A stretch of DNA of 64,000 nt from Octopus vulgaris. Its lineage: Eukaryota. The position numbers and the translations under genes were made by a program. The stretch is from contig OX597815.1 of the NCBI GenBank assembly GCA_951406725.2, positions 1,054,001 through 1,118,000 on the forward strand. The letters run 5' to 3'. The notes under the pieces were generated by a model that searched no databases, had not been told where the DNA came from, and saw nothing but the letters and a program-made list of their open reading frames with translations. Positions 50,554 to 63,034 of the stretch are shown here, one piece after another. The number at the start of each line of letters is the position of its first letter. Within the stretch, counting starts at the first letter, position 1.

Positions 50554-51083
50554 ATGTATATGAGTGTGTGCGTGTGTGTGGAGAGGGTCAACTGAGAGAA
50601 AAACAAGGACATTACACCTTTCTGGTGAGTGCTAGGGGCTTGGTGTACATTTCCCAGCATTCCTATCCAGTGGCGATTGTGACCACATTCCAGGGAGAGG
50701 GAAATGCCGAAAATCCAGTCTGACGGAAATCGAAGCCCCAGGGTGTGCGCCAATAGCTTTTGTTTAGCAGGAGTTAGCTTTTAAACAACAGGGTATTGAT
50801 TGGTAAATACCAGAGTACACCCACTCGGGTAGATCTGCACATTATATCTCTGGAACAACAGAGCACTCTGTTATCGTTTGGGGCGTCTTGGAGTTTTGGA
50901 AGGTGACTTGATGAGGAAGAGGCTGGATCGAGGCTCAGGCAACTAGCACATACACGGAGGGGAGGGGGGTAGCCGGCAGCAGGGTGATGTAAGATGGCTA
51001 CGGATACTGTAGAAGAGGCAGCTAAATCAGCGGCGAATATACTAACACACACACAGCGAGAGGATGGGATGGAGAGACAGAAG

Positions 51084-51151
<68 letters not shown>

Positions 51152-51689
51152 GGGGGGAGTGAGAGAGAGAGAGAATAAAAACACGCATGCTTTAAATAAC
51201 TAAAACATAAAAAATTTGCTCTGTGTGTGTGTGTGTGTGTGTGTTGATAGAGTGCTGAATCTATGTGGTTATGGTGTATAAAAATGTGCGGCAGTCTATC
51301 TTTGAGCAGTTCCAAATGTCAGCGGTTTAATAGGCACAATAGATTCCTGATATCTTCAAAGACGTTTTAATACGTTGTTAAAGAGGAAGTGAGTGAGGGG
51401 GGTGTCAGAGAGAGGGGAGAGAGAGTAAGCAGGGGAGAGGGGAGAGAAGCGGAAACGGAGAGTGTAAGGGAGGGAGAAGGAGAAAAAAGGCGGAGGAAGA
51501 AGAGGAGGATGGAGGGGAAACGTGAGTAGAGCAACTAGTGCTGTTCTAGTTTAGTGAATACTCGGAGTAGAGCAATTAACGATGTAACAGTTTATTGAAA
51601 AAGAATTCGGAGTATAGGGGAGATACTCTGAGGAATCAATAATTCTCCAAAGCTGACTTGCCATAAAGGAAAAGGACAAGCTTATTGTT

Positions 51690-52098
51690 TGGCTATAAGA
51701 GTACAGATGGCTAAAAACATACACCACAGACAAACAGACAGACGAACAGACGAACACATGTACATTTGAGTTAATAGTGTTCCCGGTGTTTGTAAATATG
51801 TGTGTTGGTTGAACTGTCGATGCACACACCCAAGTGTGTACACCTATTCACCAAAAGCAATTGGAGAATTTTTGGAATGTCTTGCAGATACCCACTGTGC
51901 CACCAACAGATTGGATTTGGAGAATCCGCGTCAGTTTCTTTTGTTTCTTCGAAAATCCTATTATATCCATGCATTTATGTATGACATTATTCAGCTTATT
52001 TCAAGATTTCTTGCCAATAGAGAAAGAACCGGTTTCTAACCTAGATCCAAGGTTCCTTCACTGGAATTTCAACATCAACAACAGGGTATTTTTGTTGG
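51690..52098 (-). mobile_element. Two adjacent 3' fragments of (CATA)n-associated R4-clade LINEs
   Basis: 3'UTR shared with 61.8 kb; GFSKKQKKLTRILQIQSVGGTVGICKTFQKF. Confidence 0.75.
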
Positions 52099-52224
52099 TA
52101 TGTATGTATGTATGTATGCATGTATGTATGTATGTATGTATGTATGTATGTATGTATGTATGTATGTATGTATGTATGTATGTATGTATGTATGTATGTA
52201 TGTATGTATGTATGTATGTATGTA
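52099..52224. repeat. (TATG)n microsatellite
   Basis: Read directly. Confidence 0.95.
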
Positions 52225-52371
52225 GGTAGGTAGGTTTATCAGATGTCCATTATACAATTGTCATGTTTGATTTGAGTTTAGATTTTTTAGAATACTTTTT
52301 TTTTATTTCTTAAGAACCTCAAAAGTTCAACAGATTCTACAGCATTTTGTCTTGCAACATAGAGAGGTAAG

Positions 52372-52590
52372 AAGGCGACGGGCTGGCAGAACTGTTAACA
52401 CATCAGGCAAAATGCTTGGCGGTAGTTCGTCCGTCTCTACGTTCTGAGTTCAAACACCAGCAAAGCTGACAATGATTTTCATCCATTCGGGGTCGATAAA
52501 ATAAGTACCATTTGAAGTCGGGGTTCGAAGTAATTGGCTCACCCACTTCCCCGATATTACTGGTCTTGTGCCCAAATTTGAAACCAATAA
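52372..52590 (+). mobile_element. SINE family B (diverged)
   Basis: AGGCGACGGGCTGGCAGAA head; TTCGGGGTCGATAAAATAAGTACC core. Confidence 0.8.
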
Positions 52591-53444
52591 AAAATCGTTT
52601 ATTGTAGCGGTAATGTCATTGATGAGGGATTTGTTAGGATAAAACACTTTAATGCGTTTGGTTAGGCGGACACTTTTAACGAACCGAATAAATGACAGCC
52701 TGTCTGTTTGCTTCCTTCAAACATGAACGCATATCAAATATAATTTATCTATTTTCATCACTAACCAACTCCATTGCAAACCAACACCACTGTTATTATG
52801 ACAAATCTGAAAACTTGCTCTAAGCTGACTTTATGTTAAAGCTTATCGTAAATTCCCAACAGAATATACGAAGACATTGCGTTACTTTCGAAAATTGGAT
52901 TTTAATAGCTTTGTAAGTGGAAGTGATACATTTACAGATTGGAGAGAGACGTGCAGAAAGAAACGACCCGTGCTATTTAGAGATGCTCCTCGCGTTCTGA
53001 TTTCAAGTCTAACTGGGATTAATAATTTCCTTTCGTTCTCCTGGAGTCGATCTCTTTTTTATTTGGTATCACTTTTAGAATACCACTTCAACTACTTTTA
53101 GGAAGTGGTACTTACTCTATTGGTTTCATTTGTCGAATTGCTAAGTTATGGATAAGTAAACTCACCACCACCAGTCGTCAAATAGTAGTGAGGGATAAAC
53201 ACACCCCACACACATGCACGCAGAGATGTGTGTGTGTGTGTATGTCTGTGTTTGTGTGTGTGTATGTCTGTGTTTGTGTGTGTGTATGTCTGTGTTTGTG
53301 TGTGTGTATGTCTGTGTTTGTGTGTGTGTATGTGTGTGAGTGTGCGCGTGTGTGCATGCACGCGTCCGTGTCTGTGTGTGTGTGTCCCACCACCGCTTAA
53401 CAGCTGGTGTTGGTGTATTTACATTCCCGTAACTTATATAAGGC

Positions 53445-53940
53445 CCCAAAATAAAGGGAACGGGCACCAAATGTGAATTCTGTATTACTGAAAAACTTAA
53501 CATTATGCAATCAACAGATAACATCCTAAACACTAAGGATGAAACCTTCTCCCCCTGCATACACAAGCAATAGTTTACACTCAAATACTCCAAAGAAGAG
53601 CCACCATCTGCGACGGTAACCCCATCAGGATAGTCCCTTTCCCGAACGTGAAATCTCAACACACATAGCACACAAACTCCACATACAAAGAAATAATCCC
53701 CAATGACCGACTACCTCAGCACACAAGTATAAGAACACCACATCCAGAACAAAGACAAAATAATGCAAACAAATTGACCACACAACAGTTTGTCCAATCA
53801 TTCAAAAGATGCCACCCAAGAGTAACGTACCTTGAGTCATTGTTTTATTCACGAGAATCTTCGCGAACTAAACGAAACTGCGTTTTCCAAAAAGAAGGTG
53901 AACACCTTTCTCCATGTGATCGGCTTGAAAAATTAAGACA
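53445..53940 (+). mobile_element. Penelope-like element 3' remnant
   Basis: 53457-53573 encodes KCEFCITEKLNIMQSTDNILNTKDETFSPCIHKQ*, fitting the CxxC-xxEK..LN..E..CxH C-terminus of some PLE GIY-YIG ORFs; 3' boundary approximate. Confidence 0.6.
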
Positions 53941-53985
53941 CTAGGATATCTTTCTACTGTTTTTAACATTTACGTGTGTGTATGT

Positions 53986-54038
<53 letters not shown>

Positions 54039-55135
54039 TTTTAAGCACGTTTACGGGAAACGCTTTTGAGCACGCATATAAAAGCTCCTGTTTTATTCAT
54101 TTTGATTAAATATAAAAGAACTAAGCACAAACAAAAACACTCACTGCACCACCCGCAAACCCATACACTAATCACTACACCAGAGCCTTCCTTTCCTGAA
54201 TGCCATCCCTCTGAAATTCCCTCCAACAGGTGTTGACTTAGGTCTATGAGGAACATTAATGACATCAGAGGACCCGAGCAGACATGGGCACTGTCCCCTC
54301 TTTCAACCCATCCATTAAAAAAAAGAATGGAAAAAAGATTTGCTTTTAGACGCGTTGCATTGGAAACAACCATTTTAGCATTTAATCAAGGTTTCTCATA
54401 ATTTCGTATGAATTCCTGGCAGTTGTTTTGGAACAGTGAAGATTCTAAATCTTATCAACGTCGTTTTTATGCTTTCTCTGTCTCATCTCCAATGTGATGT
54501 GATATTGGAGTGTGTTTCTACTTCTTTAAAATATTTTATTGTAGACATTACATCCGGAATTGTAGACTTTTAGGGTTGTGCGTTATCAGTGCGGTGTTTA
54601 TGTTAATTTGTGAATGATGTGTAACAGTGACCCTGTGAATATTTTAGCATTGCCTAATGGCTTATTATTTCCATCCTTGACCTTTTTTTGTAAGAAATTC
54701 TATATTATTGATGTGTTGTTTACTAATGTTTTCCTGTCTAGTTTTGTGTTGTGTGTTGGGGAAGATGGTAGGAATTGTTCTTTGTCAGTTCATGGCAGAA
54801 AATATATGTGAAACTAGAACACGTGATTTCAATGTAACGTGTGTGTGTGTGTGTGTGTGTGTGTTGTTTGTTGTTAGCCATGTTTCAAAGACACGACATT
54901 ACAAGATTACCATTTGACATCAGCTCACAAAATGGAAGACAAAACAATTACATAAAAACGATCATTGAATTCAAACCATTCAATTAGCTTTTATTAAACA
55001 AATGTGTAGCGCATGTACGTGCGTATGTATGTACACATGTATTGTGCGTTTTTAAGGCATATATGTATGTGTGTACAATATACAGTATATATATATACAC
55101 ACACACACACACTTATATATGCATATAGGTATATA

Positions 55136-55177
<42 letters not shown>

Positions 55178-57039
55178 CGCACGCACACACACATACATGC
55201 ATGTATACACACACACACCTAAGCCTACTAATAGCATCAAAGACATTATAAAACTACAAAAGATTTTAAAAATATTTTTCTTGAAACGTTGTCATAGTAA
55301 CATACTTTTAGTGAAGATACATCATCAGAATTTCGTCTTTGATTTCATTGCGATATATGCTTGGATTCTTCTTTTCTCTCTTTTTTATTTATTCATTATT
55401 ATTTTTTTTTTCAATGTTTGGCAAATCCACTTTCTCAAATTCAAAGAAGTATTTCTGAGATTTGAGAAAGTGGATGATAAGTGCAAGGTTAATGGAAGGA
55501 ACAAAATTAATGGACAATTCCAGAGACCACAAGAAGGGGTTTGTTTGCTCAGAAAAGAATATTGTCTAAACAGTCAAAAGGGGGTTCCTTCAAAGAATCC
55601 CTGGAGCAACGTTACTCGGCAGGGTGTGTAGCTGGGAGATCAAGGGGTCTCTCCACACCCCGCTCTTGCTTCTCGGTCACAGTTCTGGTACTACAAACAT
55701 GTGATTAGGATGTCAAAGGAAAGAATCACAAGAAAGATTCTTCAAACGGAGCGAATCGGCAGGAGACAAAGAATGAGATGGTTGGATAACGTCCAAGGTC
55801 TCAGTTGACCATGCTTAGGACTCCAGCCAGAACGTATAATGGTGGTTGATTGTAATAGGATCCTATGAAAGAAATGCCTGGGGGACCAACCTCTACAGTC
55901 CCCCACCCCAGGAATAGTGAATGGAGAAGATAAACGTGTGATGTAATGCAAAAATATCTTAGAAACACCCCAAGGGACTTAATCTTTCTCTTTATTAAGT
56001 GGATGAAATATAAACATTCTCCTGTATAGGATACCTGTCAATCACAGGTAAAGTTCTCTGCCAATTCCAGTACAAATTCGTAATTATTCTTGTAATTATT
56101 CTCAGCAGATTTGTGATCGAAAGTGATGGACAGCAATGTCTTCTGTCCAGAAACACAACCAATAACTTATGGAGGGATTGAACCCTCAACCTATGGGGAG
56201 GTAGTCTAATCTCTTATCCCACAGCCATCTCACATTTTATTGAAACAGTAAAGAAGAAAGGAAGTTGTTGTTGCTGTTTGTTATGGTCATCATCGCCCTC
56301 GTTGTTGTTGTTGTTGTTGTTGCTTAGCACTAGGTCAGTTCTGACCGAGGAAATCTAGAGGTTAAAAGACATTCCATCAATGTCCAGCTCATCTATTATT
56401 ATGGGTTTCATATTTAGTAGATGTGGAACTACGTTGTTTAAAGTACGTTTTCTCCCAAAATAATAGAGTGAGATATGAGGAATTTGGCAGGTGTTTCTAG
56501 CAGATCATGTGACTACGTAGAGGCTCCCTTGTTGAAAGATTTCACTGATGCAGGATGGTAGGGTAGGCGATCAACGTTGGATGGTCTTCGTATCGAAGGG
56601 AAATAGGGGTGGGGCTTAGAATAATCAAAGTTACATTCAACCATTTGATCACAGATTAAGATGAGCCAAAAAAGGAGACTCGGACGCCATTAACCAATCA
56701 CTGTCGGCTGGAATGGAACCTGCGAGAGTCGTAGACTTTAAAGAAAACTTGGATAAACTCCTGCCAAATTATATTTCTGAAGGTTCTAGAAACTTTGTTC
56801 ACGGTTATGGAATGCCAGGGTGTTGAACCTTAAACGAGAACCTCTCTAAATGCCTCGTGGAACTCTGTCATTTGGTTCCAAGTAATGTGTTCCCGATTCC
56901 TTCTATTTGGTTTTGAGTATACATGTTTTTATGGCAAAGAGTAATCAATCTTGTGCTGTAATGCAGACATGCATACATACATAAATATGTACATACATAC
57001 ATACATACATACATACATAAATGCATACATACATACATG

Positions 57040-57600
57040 GTGGCTGCCCCCTCATTATCGAGTATGGCCATTGCATGAAGCATAATCAATGTTGTTATCG
57101 TGCAATGCCTGTGCAAGAAGACTTTTTAAAGTGAGGAAAGGCCGTGCACTGAGTCAATCCCACTCACTAAGCAACAGCAGCCATAATCCGAAAAGAAGAA
57201 CAAGTCAACATCATCGGTAACCACTGAGCCGCAGGTTTTATATCGGAGTTATCCCAGTTACCTGAGCTAGCTTCACCTAGAAGGATGCCCTAACAAAGGC
57301 CAGGAGTCCTTCACTCCCAATGGTTTAATCGCGCGATCGGGTATTCAGTCCGATTATTTCTATGTCCCCACGCATGATACAGCCTTAAGCCTTAAGAAAA
57401 AAAAATTTCACATTTATCGGATGGCCGTTGACTCTCAAGAGTTCCTCCGCCCTTTGACGGGTTTTGTTTTTCATCCCGCAGGGTGTCCAATAAACACCCT
57501 CCTCACCAAGCCAGCCTGGTGGGGTTGCCGGTTTAGTCGCCGACGACCCGACCGTGTAACAGGTTGTACTGGGTTACATGTTACCAGTAGCACTCAAAAG
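57040..57600 (-). mobile_element. Probable LINE 5'UTR-type repeat; module also present at ~29410 and ~38280
   Basis: Direct similarity between the three loci. Confidence 0.5.
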
Positions 57601-57728
57601 TGATCTGACATACATACATGCATGCATGCATACATACATACATACATACATACATACATACATACATACATACATACATACATAAATGCATACATACATA
57701 TATAATGCATACATATATACATACATAC

Positions 57729-58002
57729 CAATTTTGAGGAATTAGGCTCCTCAAAACCAGAAAGGAGAAAGCTAATTTGAAGACTACAGATCCAATCCAT
57801 CACTGGAACTGTAAAAATCTGCAGAACTTTCCAGAAGTTTATCATTTAAATATATATGAACATAAGCAACTATATGTAGGAGAATGCATACATAAAACAA
57901 AACACAAATTTGCACATATACATACATACATACAAACAAAAATACCCTTTGTTGATGTTGAAATTCCAGTGAAGGATCCTTGGATCTATCGAACAGTGAC
58001 AT
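57729..58002 (+). mobile_element. 5'-truncated R4-clade LINE within (CATA)n
   Basis: LQIQSITGTVKICRTFQKFII* plus 3'UTR, same family as 62003-62425. Confidence 0.85.
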
Positions 58003-58840
58003 TCATGCATACATACATTCATGCATACATACATATTCATATCTATATACATGCAAACATCAGTCTCTATAATTACCTGCCTTATTCTGTTTCTAATAAC
58101 TATTCTATCATCATTTTAGGGTCTTCAATTGTAGGGCTGTGGCCATACTGGAGTATCACCTTAACATAATATAGATAACATAATAACTACCTCACACATC
58201 AGTGTTAACTAAAACATTATTTCTATCTTATAAATTGCTATCAAATATGCTTTTCAGTAAAATTTAATTCACTTGTACATTTGCAAAATATATAAATAGT
58301 TGTTATAATGAGTTTTTTTGTCAACATCAACAATTCTGTCCACCTACCTCACCTCAGCGCTGCATTTATAATATTCTTGATGGCCAGGCAAGTTTGTGAG
58401 GAGAGAGTAGGTTAACCTGACCATCCTATTTCTATTTTATCACAGCCATATCAAAGCAGACTTAGTAGAAAGGAATCGGTGAATCTTGGTAATTTATCAG
58501 TTTTCATCAAAGACTTCTCAGGAAACAAATCAGCGAACATGGCAGCTAAAACGGGGTTAATTATGGAACATCTTACAAAAGAAACAGCAGGATTTTAAAG
58601 TTTTATGCTAATATCGATCAGTTCAAATGTGTGTGTGTGTGTCGGGGCAGGGTGGGGTGGTGGGGTATTCGTTATTAGCAACTGGAGCATTATTAGTTCC
58701 GAATGTTAATCTGTATATCTTAAAGGAGATAATGCTGTCAGAATATATCCTCTCAAAGTGAATACAGTATTACGGATTTCTTATAATATATCCACAGTAT
58801 AGGTGTGAGCGTGTATATATATATAAGCCACATAGGTGTG

Positions 58841-58897
<57 letters not shown>

Positions 58898-58900
<3 letters not shown>

Positions 58901-59150
58901 CCGGTGGCACATAAAAAGCACCATCCGTTCGTGGCCATTTGCCAGCTCTGTCTGGCACCTGTGCGGGTGGCACGTAAAAAGCACCCACTACACTCACGGA
59001 GTGGTTGGCGTTAGGAAGGGCATCCAGCCGTAGAAACACTGCCAGATTTGACTGGGCCTGATGAAGCCTTCTGGCTTCACAGACCCCAGTAGAACCGTCC
59101 AACCCATGCTAGCATGGAAAACGGACGCTAAACGACGATGATGATGATGA

Positions 59151-59153
<3 letters not shown>
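58898..59153 (+). mobile_element. Retroposon tail family D
   Basis: GTGGTTGGCGTTAGGAAGGGCATCCAG..CATGCTAGCATGGAAAACGGACG(ATG)n. Confidence 0.88.
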
Positions 59154-59190
<37 letters not shown>

Positions 59191-59194
<4 letters not shown>

Positions 59195-59450
59195 CAGTGA
59201 GCTGGCAGAAACGTTAGCACGCCGGGTGAAATGCTTAGCGGTATTTGTCTGTCTTTACGTTTATTTCGTCTTTAGTCTGTCGTTTCATTCTGAGTTCAAA
59301 TTCCGCCGAGGTCGACTTTGCCTTTCATCCTTTCGGGGTTGATAAATTAAGTACCAGTTACGCAATGGGGGTCAATATAATTGACTTAATCCCTTTGTCT
59401 GTCCTTGTTTGTCCCTTCTGTTTAGTCCCTAGTGGGCAGTAAAGAAATAT
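59191..59450 (+). mobile_element. SINE family B, full length
   Basis: Homology to the 6521 copy. Confidence 0.9.
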
Positions 59451-60082
59451 ATGTGTGTGTGTGTGTAACCACAAATTTATACCAGACTAAACTGTTTTAC
59501 AAAGGACAGGGTCAGAAATTAAACCATTTGTGTGGACTGTTCACTTGTAGTGTCATAGTGTCACATACATTTGCACTCACATACACACACACACTGATGC
59601 ACACACAAATACATGCATACACACACCAAAAGAAAGGAGGAGGTGCTAACAGAGCAAAGTCTACAAACAAAGAAGAAAAAAAGGTCTGCAAATTATACAA
59701 TTGTCTGCTAAAAAGCAAAGTTCTTTCCACAAATAGGTTTTTAATTAACACAATAAAGGGTTGCTAAGAAACCCTTTAACAAGCCTTCAGTCAAAAGCCA
59801 GTGGTACGCAGAAGTATTGTGTACTCCTACAATCACATCTACCCCTACTATAACAGCTCCTGCTCCACTCAAATTGTGAATTATGTATCATTTCAATCCT
59901 CAAAACACTTTCTCTTTTTGGGTTATCGTCATTGTGGGTTTTTCCTTAATCCTAGCCACAATAAGGAATCCATCATTCCTTGAACTGTTCCCCATCGGAA
60001 TTCATTTCCATACTCCAATATTCCCCAGCAAGCATCAATTCCAATTAACAAATCAATCATGCCAACCTCACAATGTTACCCT

Positions 60083-60101
60083 TGTCCACCAGAGGGCGCA
60101 T
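60083..60101 (+). promoter_or_regulatory. Candidate CTCF-binding site
   Basis: TGTCCACCAGAGGGCGCAT matches the CCASYAGRKGGCRS core, in unique sequence. Confidence 0.5.
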
Positions 60102-60195
60102 CTGCAACAGTTACGGCCACTCACCCTCATATTTCGATTTACTAATAATGTATCTAAACTACTGTTGCTGTTGTTGTTGATTGTTTGTTTGTTGA

Positions 60196-60568
60196 GCGAA
60201 GTGGTCTTCGTCCCAGAGCTTGCAAGATCGCGCCTCAGGAGAAGTCCAAAACGTTGTCTTTTGCTATTCGTAAGACCCGCAGAAGAGAAAGCAGGTCAAC
60301 CCCCAACACCGAGAGCATCGACGGATGGATGAATGCGCATCCAGGCTCAGCAATGGCGTAGGAAGTCGGGGACAAGAAACAGGAAGAAAGAGTGAGAAAA
60401 AGTTGGAGCGAAAGAGTACAACAGGGGTCGCCACCATCCCCTGCCGAAGCCTCGTGGAGCTTTAGGTGTTTTCGCTCAATAAACACACACAACGCCAGGT
60501 CTGGGAATCGAAACTGCGATCCTCCGACCACGAGTCCACTGCATTAACCATTGGGCCATTGCGCCTCT
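60196..60568 (-). mobile_element. SINE family C head with an alternative 3' part
   Basis: 60375-60568 matches 12450-12648; the remainder differs. Confidence 0.82.
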
Positions 60569-60987
60569 ACTGTTGTTGCTGCTGTTGTTGTTTAACCCTA
60601 AGCTACTCCCGATCAAACAGACCTTGGGTTAAATCATTCCAGTTATCTATGGCCACCCCGTCTTATTTTCAGGCATAATTTATCTACGATGACATTTACT
60701 AAAATGTCCATCTTTTTTTTAAATATTCGGCTGTTATTGAAATAGACGGAGCTGCTATTTCCAGCAAGTCGATTGATGGTTCACCTGTTTTGGGGAGCCA
60801 AAAGCAGAAAGCGAATGTTACTGTGAATTCAAGTGGACATGGTTCGGTACCTCATTTGTTCGGTACCTCATTATCCAGACAGATATAAATACACAACCCA
60901 ACAATCTATAGACATAAGATCAATAAAATGAGAACTAATAATATACCAAATCGATTCAATCATTCACTTCATTATTTTCTCCCTTCC

Positions 60988-61420
60988 TATAATAATAATA
61001 ATAATAATAATAATGATGATGATGATGATGATGATGATATTAATAACAATAATAATAACAACAACAATAATGATAACAATAACAATAATAATAACAACTA
61101 CAATAATAATAATAATAATAATGATAATAATAATAATAATTAAAACAACAACAATAACAACAACAACTATAATAAGGATAATAATAATAATGTTGATAAT
61201 AATAACAATAATAATAATAGCAACAACAACAATAATAATAATGATAATAATGATGATGATAATGATAATGATAATAATAACAACAACTACAATAATAATA
61301 ACAATAATAATAATAACAGTAACAACAAAAACAAGAAATGGAAGAAGAAGAAGAAGAAGAAGAAGAAGAAGAAGAAGAAGAAGAAGAAGAAGAAGAAGAA
61401 GAAGAAGAAGAAGAAGAAGA
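60988..61420. repeat. Compound (AAT/AAC/GAT)n followed by (GAA)n
   Basis: Read directly. Confidence 0.95.
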
Positions 61421-61462
61421 ACTGGAAACAAAATTGAACAAAAATACATTAATAATAATAAT

Positions 61463-61680
61463 AATCCTTTCTACTAAAGGCACAAGGCTTGAAATTTTGG
61501 GGGAGGGGAACGAGTCGATTATATAGACCCCAGTGTTTCATTGGTCCTTAATTTATTGACTCCGAGAGGATGAAAGGCAAAGTCGACCTCAGCAGAATTT
61601 GAACCCAGAATCTGAAGACGGACAAAGTGCTGCAAAGCATTTTGTCCGGTGTGCTAACGATTCTGCCAGCTTGCCGCCTT
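61463..61680 (-). mobile_element. SINE family B (variant tail)
   Basis: Reverse-complement head AAGGCGGCAAGCTGGCAGAATCGTTAG. Confidence 0.85.
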
Positions 61681-61805
61681 AATAATAATAATAATAATTT
61701 TTTTTTTATTGGCCACTGAGGGTTCATATAAAAAGATTGGGGACTGTAGGGGATAATACAATACAAATAAAGTGGGGTTGAATCGTATATGTATGTATGT
61801 ATGTC

Positions 61806-62609
61806 TGTCAGTGTTCAGTTTTATTTCAAGATTTCTTACCAAAAGAGAAAGAGTCGGTTTCTAATGTAGATCCAAGGCTCCCTCAATGGAATTTCAACAT
61901 CAACAGGGTATTTTTATATGTATGTATGTATGTGTAGGTTTGTATGTTTTATGTATGTGTTCTCATGCATATAGCTACATATCTAGACATGCTCATATAT
62001 ATTTAAATGATAAATTTCTGGAAAATTTTACAGATTTTTACAGTTCCAGTGATGGATTGGATTTGCAGTCTTCGAATTAACTTTCTCCTTTCTAGTTTTG
62101 AGAAGCCTAATTTCTCAAGATTTGTTTTTAGGCAGTGTGTTACATATCCCAGCGCCCCAATAATTACAGGTATAAACCTGAACTTGTAATCTGGATAGAG
62201 TAACTGCAGATTTCTCAATAGTTCAGCATAGGTGTTCTCTTTTTCACTGATCTTCAATTTTAAGTTAACATCCGATGGGCAGCTGATTTCCACAACTGTG
62301 CACAGTTTCTCTTCTCTGTCCCAAAGCATTACATCAAGTCTGTTGTGCTTACATTTTATTGAGGTCTTCACTGGGACATTCCACCAGCACTCCTTTTCAT
62401 TATGAGTGGCTATGGCTTCAACCATATTGTGGGTTCTTATTTCTTTGTCCTCGGGGTTATCCTTCCAAGGGAGTTCATTCTAGAGTATCCTAGCTACTAC
62501 AACGTATGTCTCATCGGTTGATAATACCATGATGACATTTTAGGACAACTGCTTATGATGTGGGTGCTATCTTCGGGTTTAGCTCCACAAAGTCTGCATC
62601 GGTCATCGG
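61806..62609 (-). mobile_element. 5'-truncated R4-clade LINE flanked by (CATA)n
   Basis: CRLC..HIISSC, WWN, HNRLDVML, VEISCP, KENTY, VIIGALG; CATA repeats at both junctions. Confidence 0.88.
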
Positions 62610-63034
62610 ATGTATGTATGTGTGTATATATGTACTAACTATTCATCCCCTAACAATCTTTTTTTTCACTTTTTGTTTCCTCCCGAGATAAACAAAAAAA
62701 AAAACAATGTCTGGAAAACGAACAAGTATTTAGAACTGGAACAAGCTTTGGTGAGAACTCTCGATCTTTGAATTTCTAATAAAATGTGTCACATTATTAC
62801 GAGACACCGTGTATTGAGAGTATAATTTCAGAGAGATTTAGCTGCTATTTTTCGCAAGTTGTGCTGCTATGTCGAAGTACTTAGCAGAACCTTCCTTCTT
62901 AACAGACACTAGAACGATTGAGACAATAGACGGAGACTCATTGATTAATTTGGAAAAGGAAAATATGTAAAAGCATGTATCTCGTGGACCTCTTCTGCAT
63001 AAAGAACATAATGTAAAGTGGTGGGAGCTAATGC

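Noticed and set aside
50774-51184. 136-aa minus-strand ORF
   Set aside because: Starts in microsatellite and has no domain; the GC-richer part might be UTR or promoter but that is unsupported
60928-61526. Poly-N/I/E/R ORFs (and similar ORFs at 5.3, 15.9, 36.4-37.4, 45.1, 52 and 53.2 kb)
   Set aside because: Translations of microsatellites
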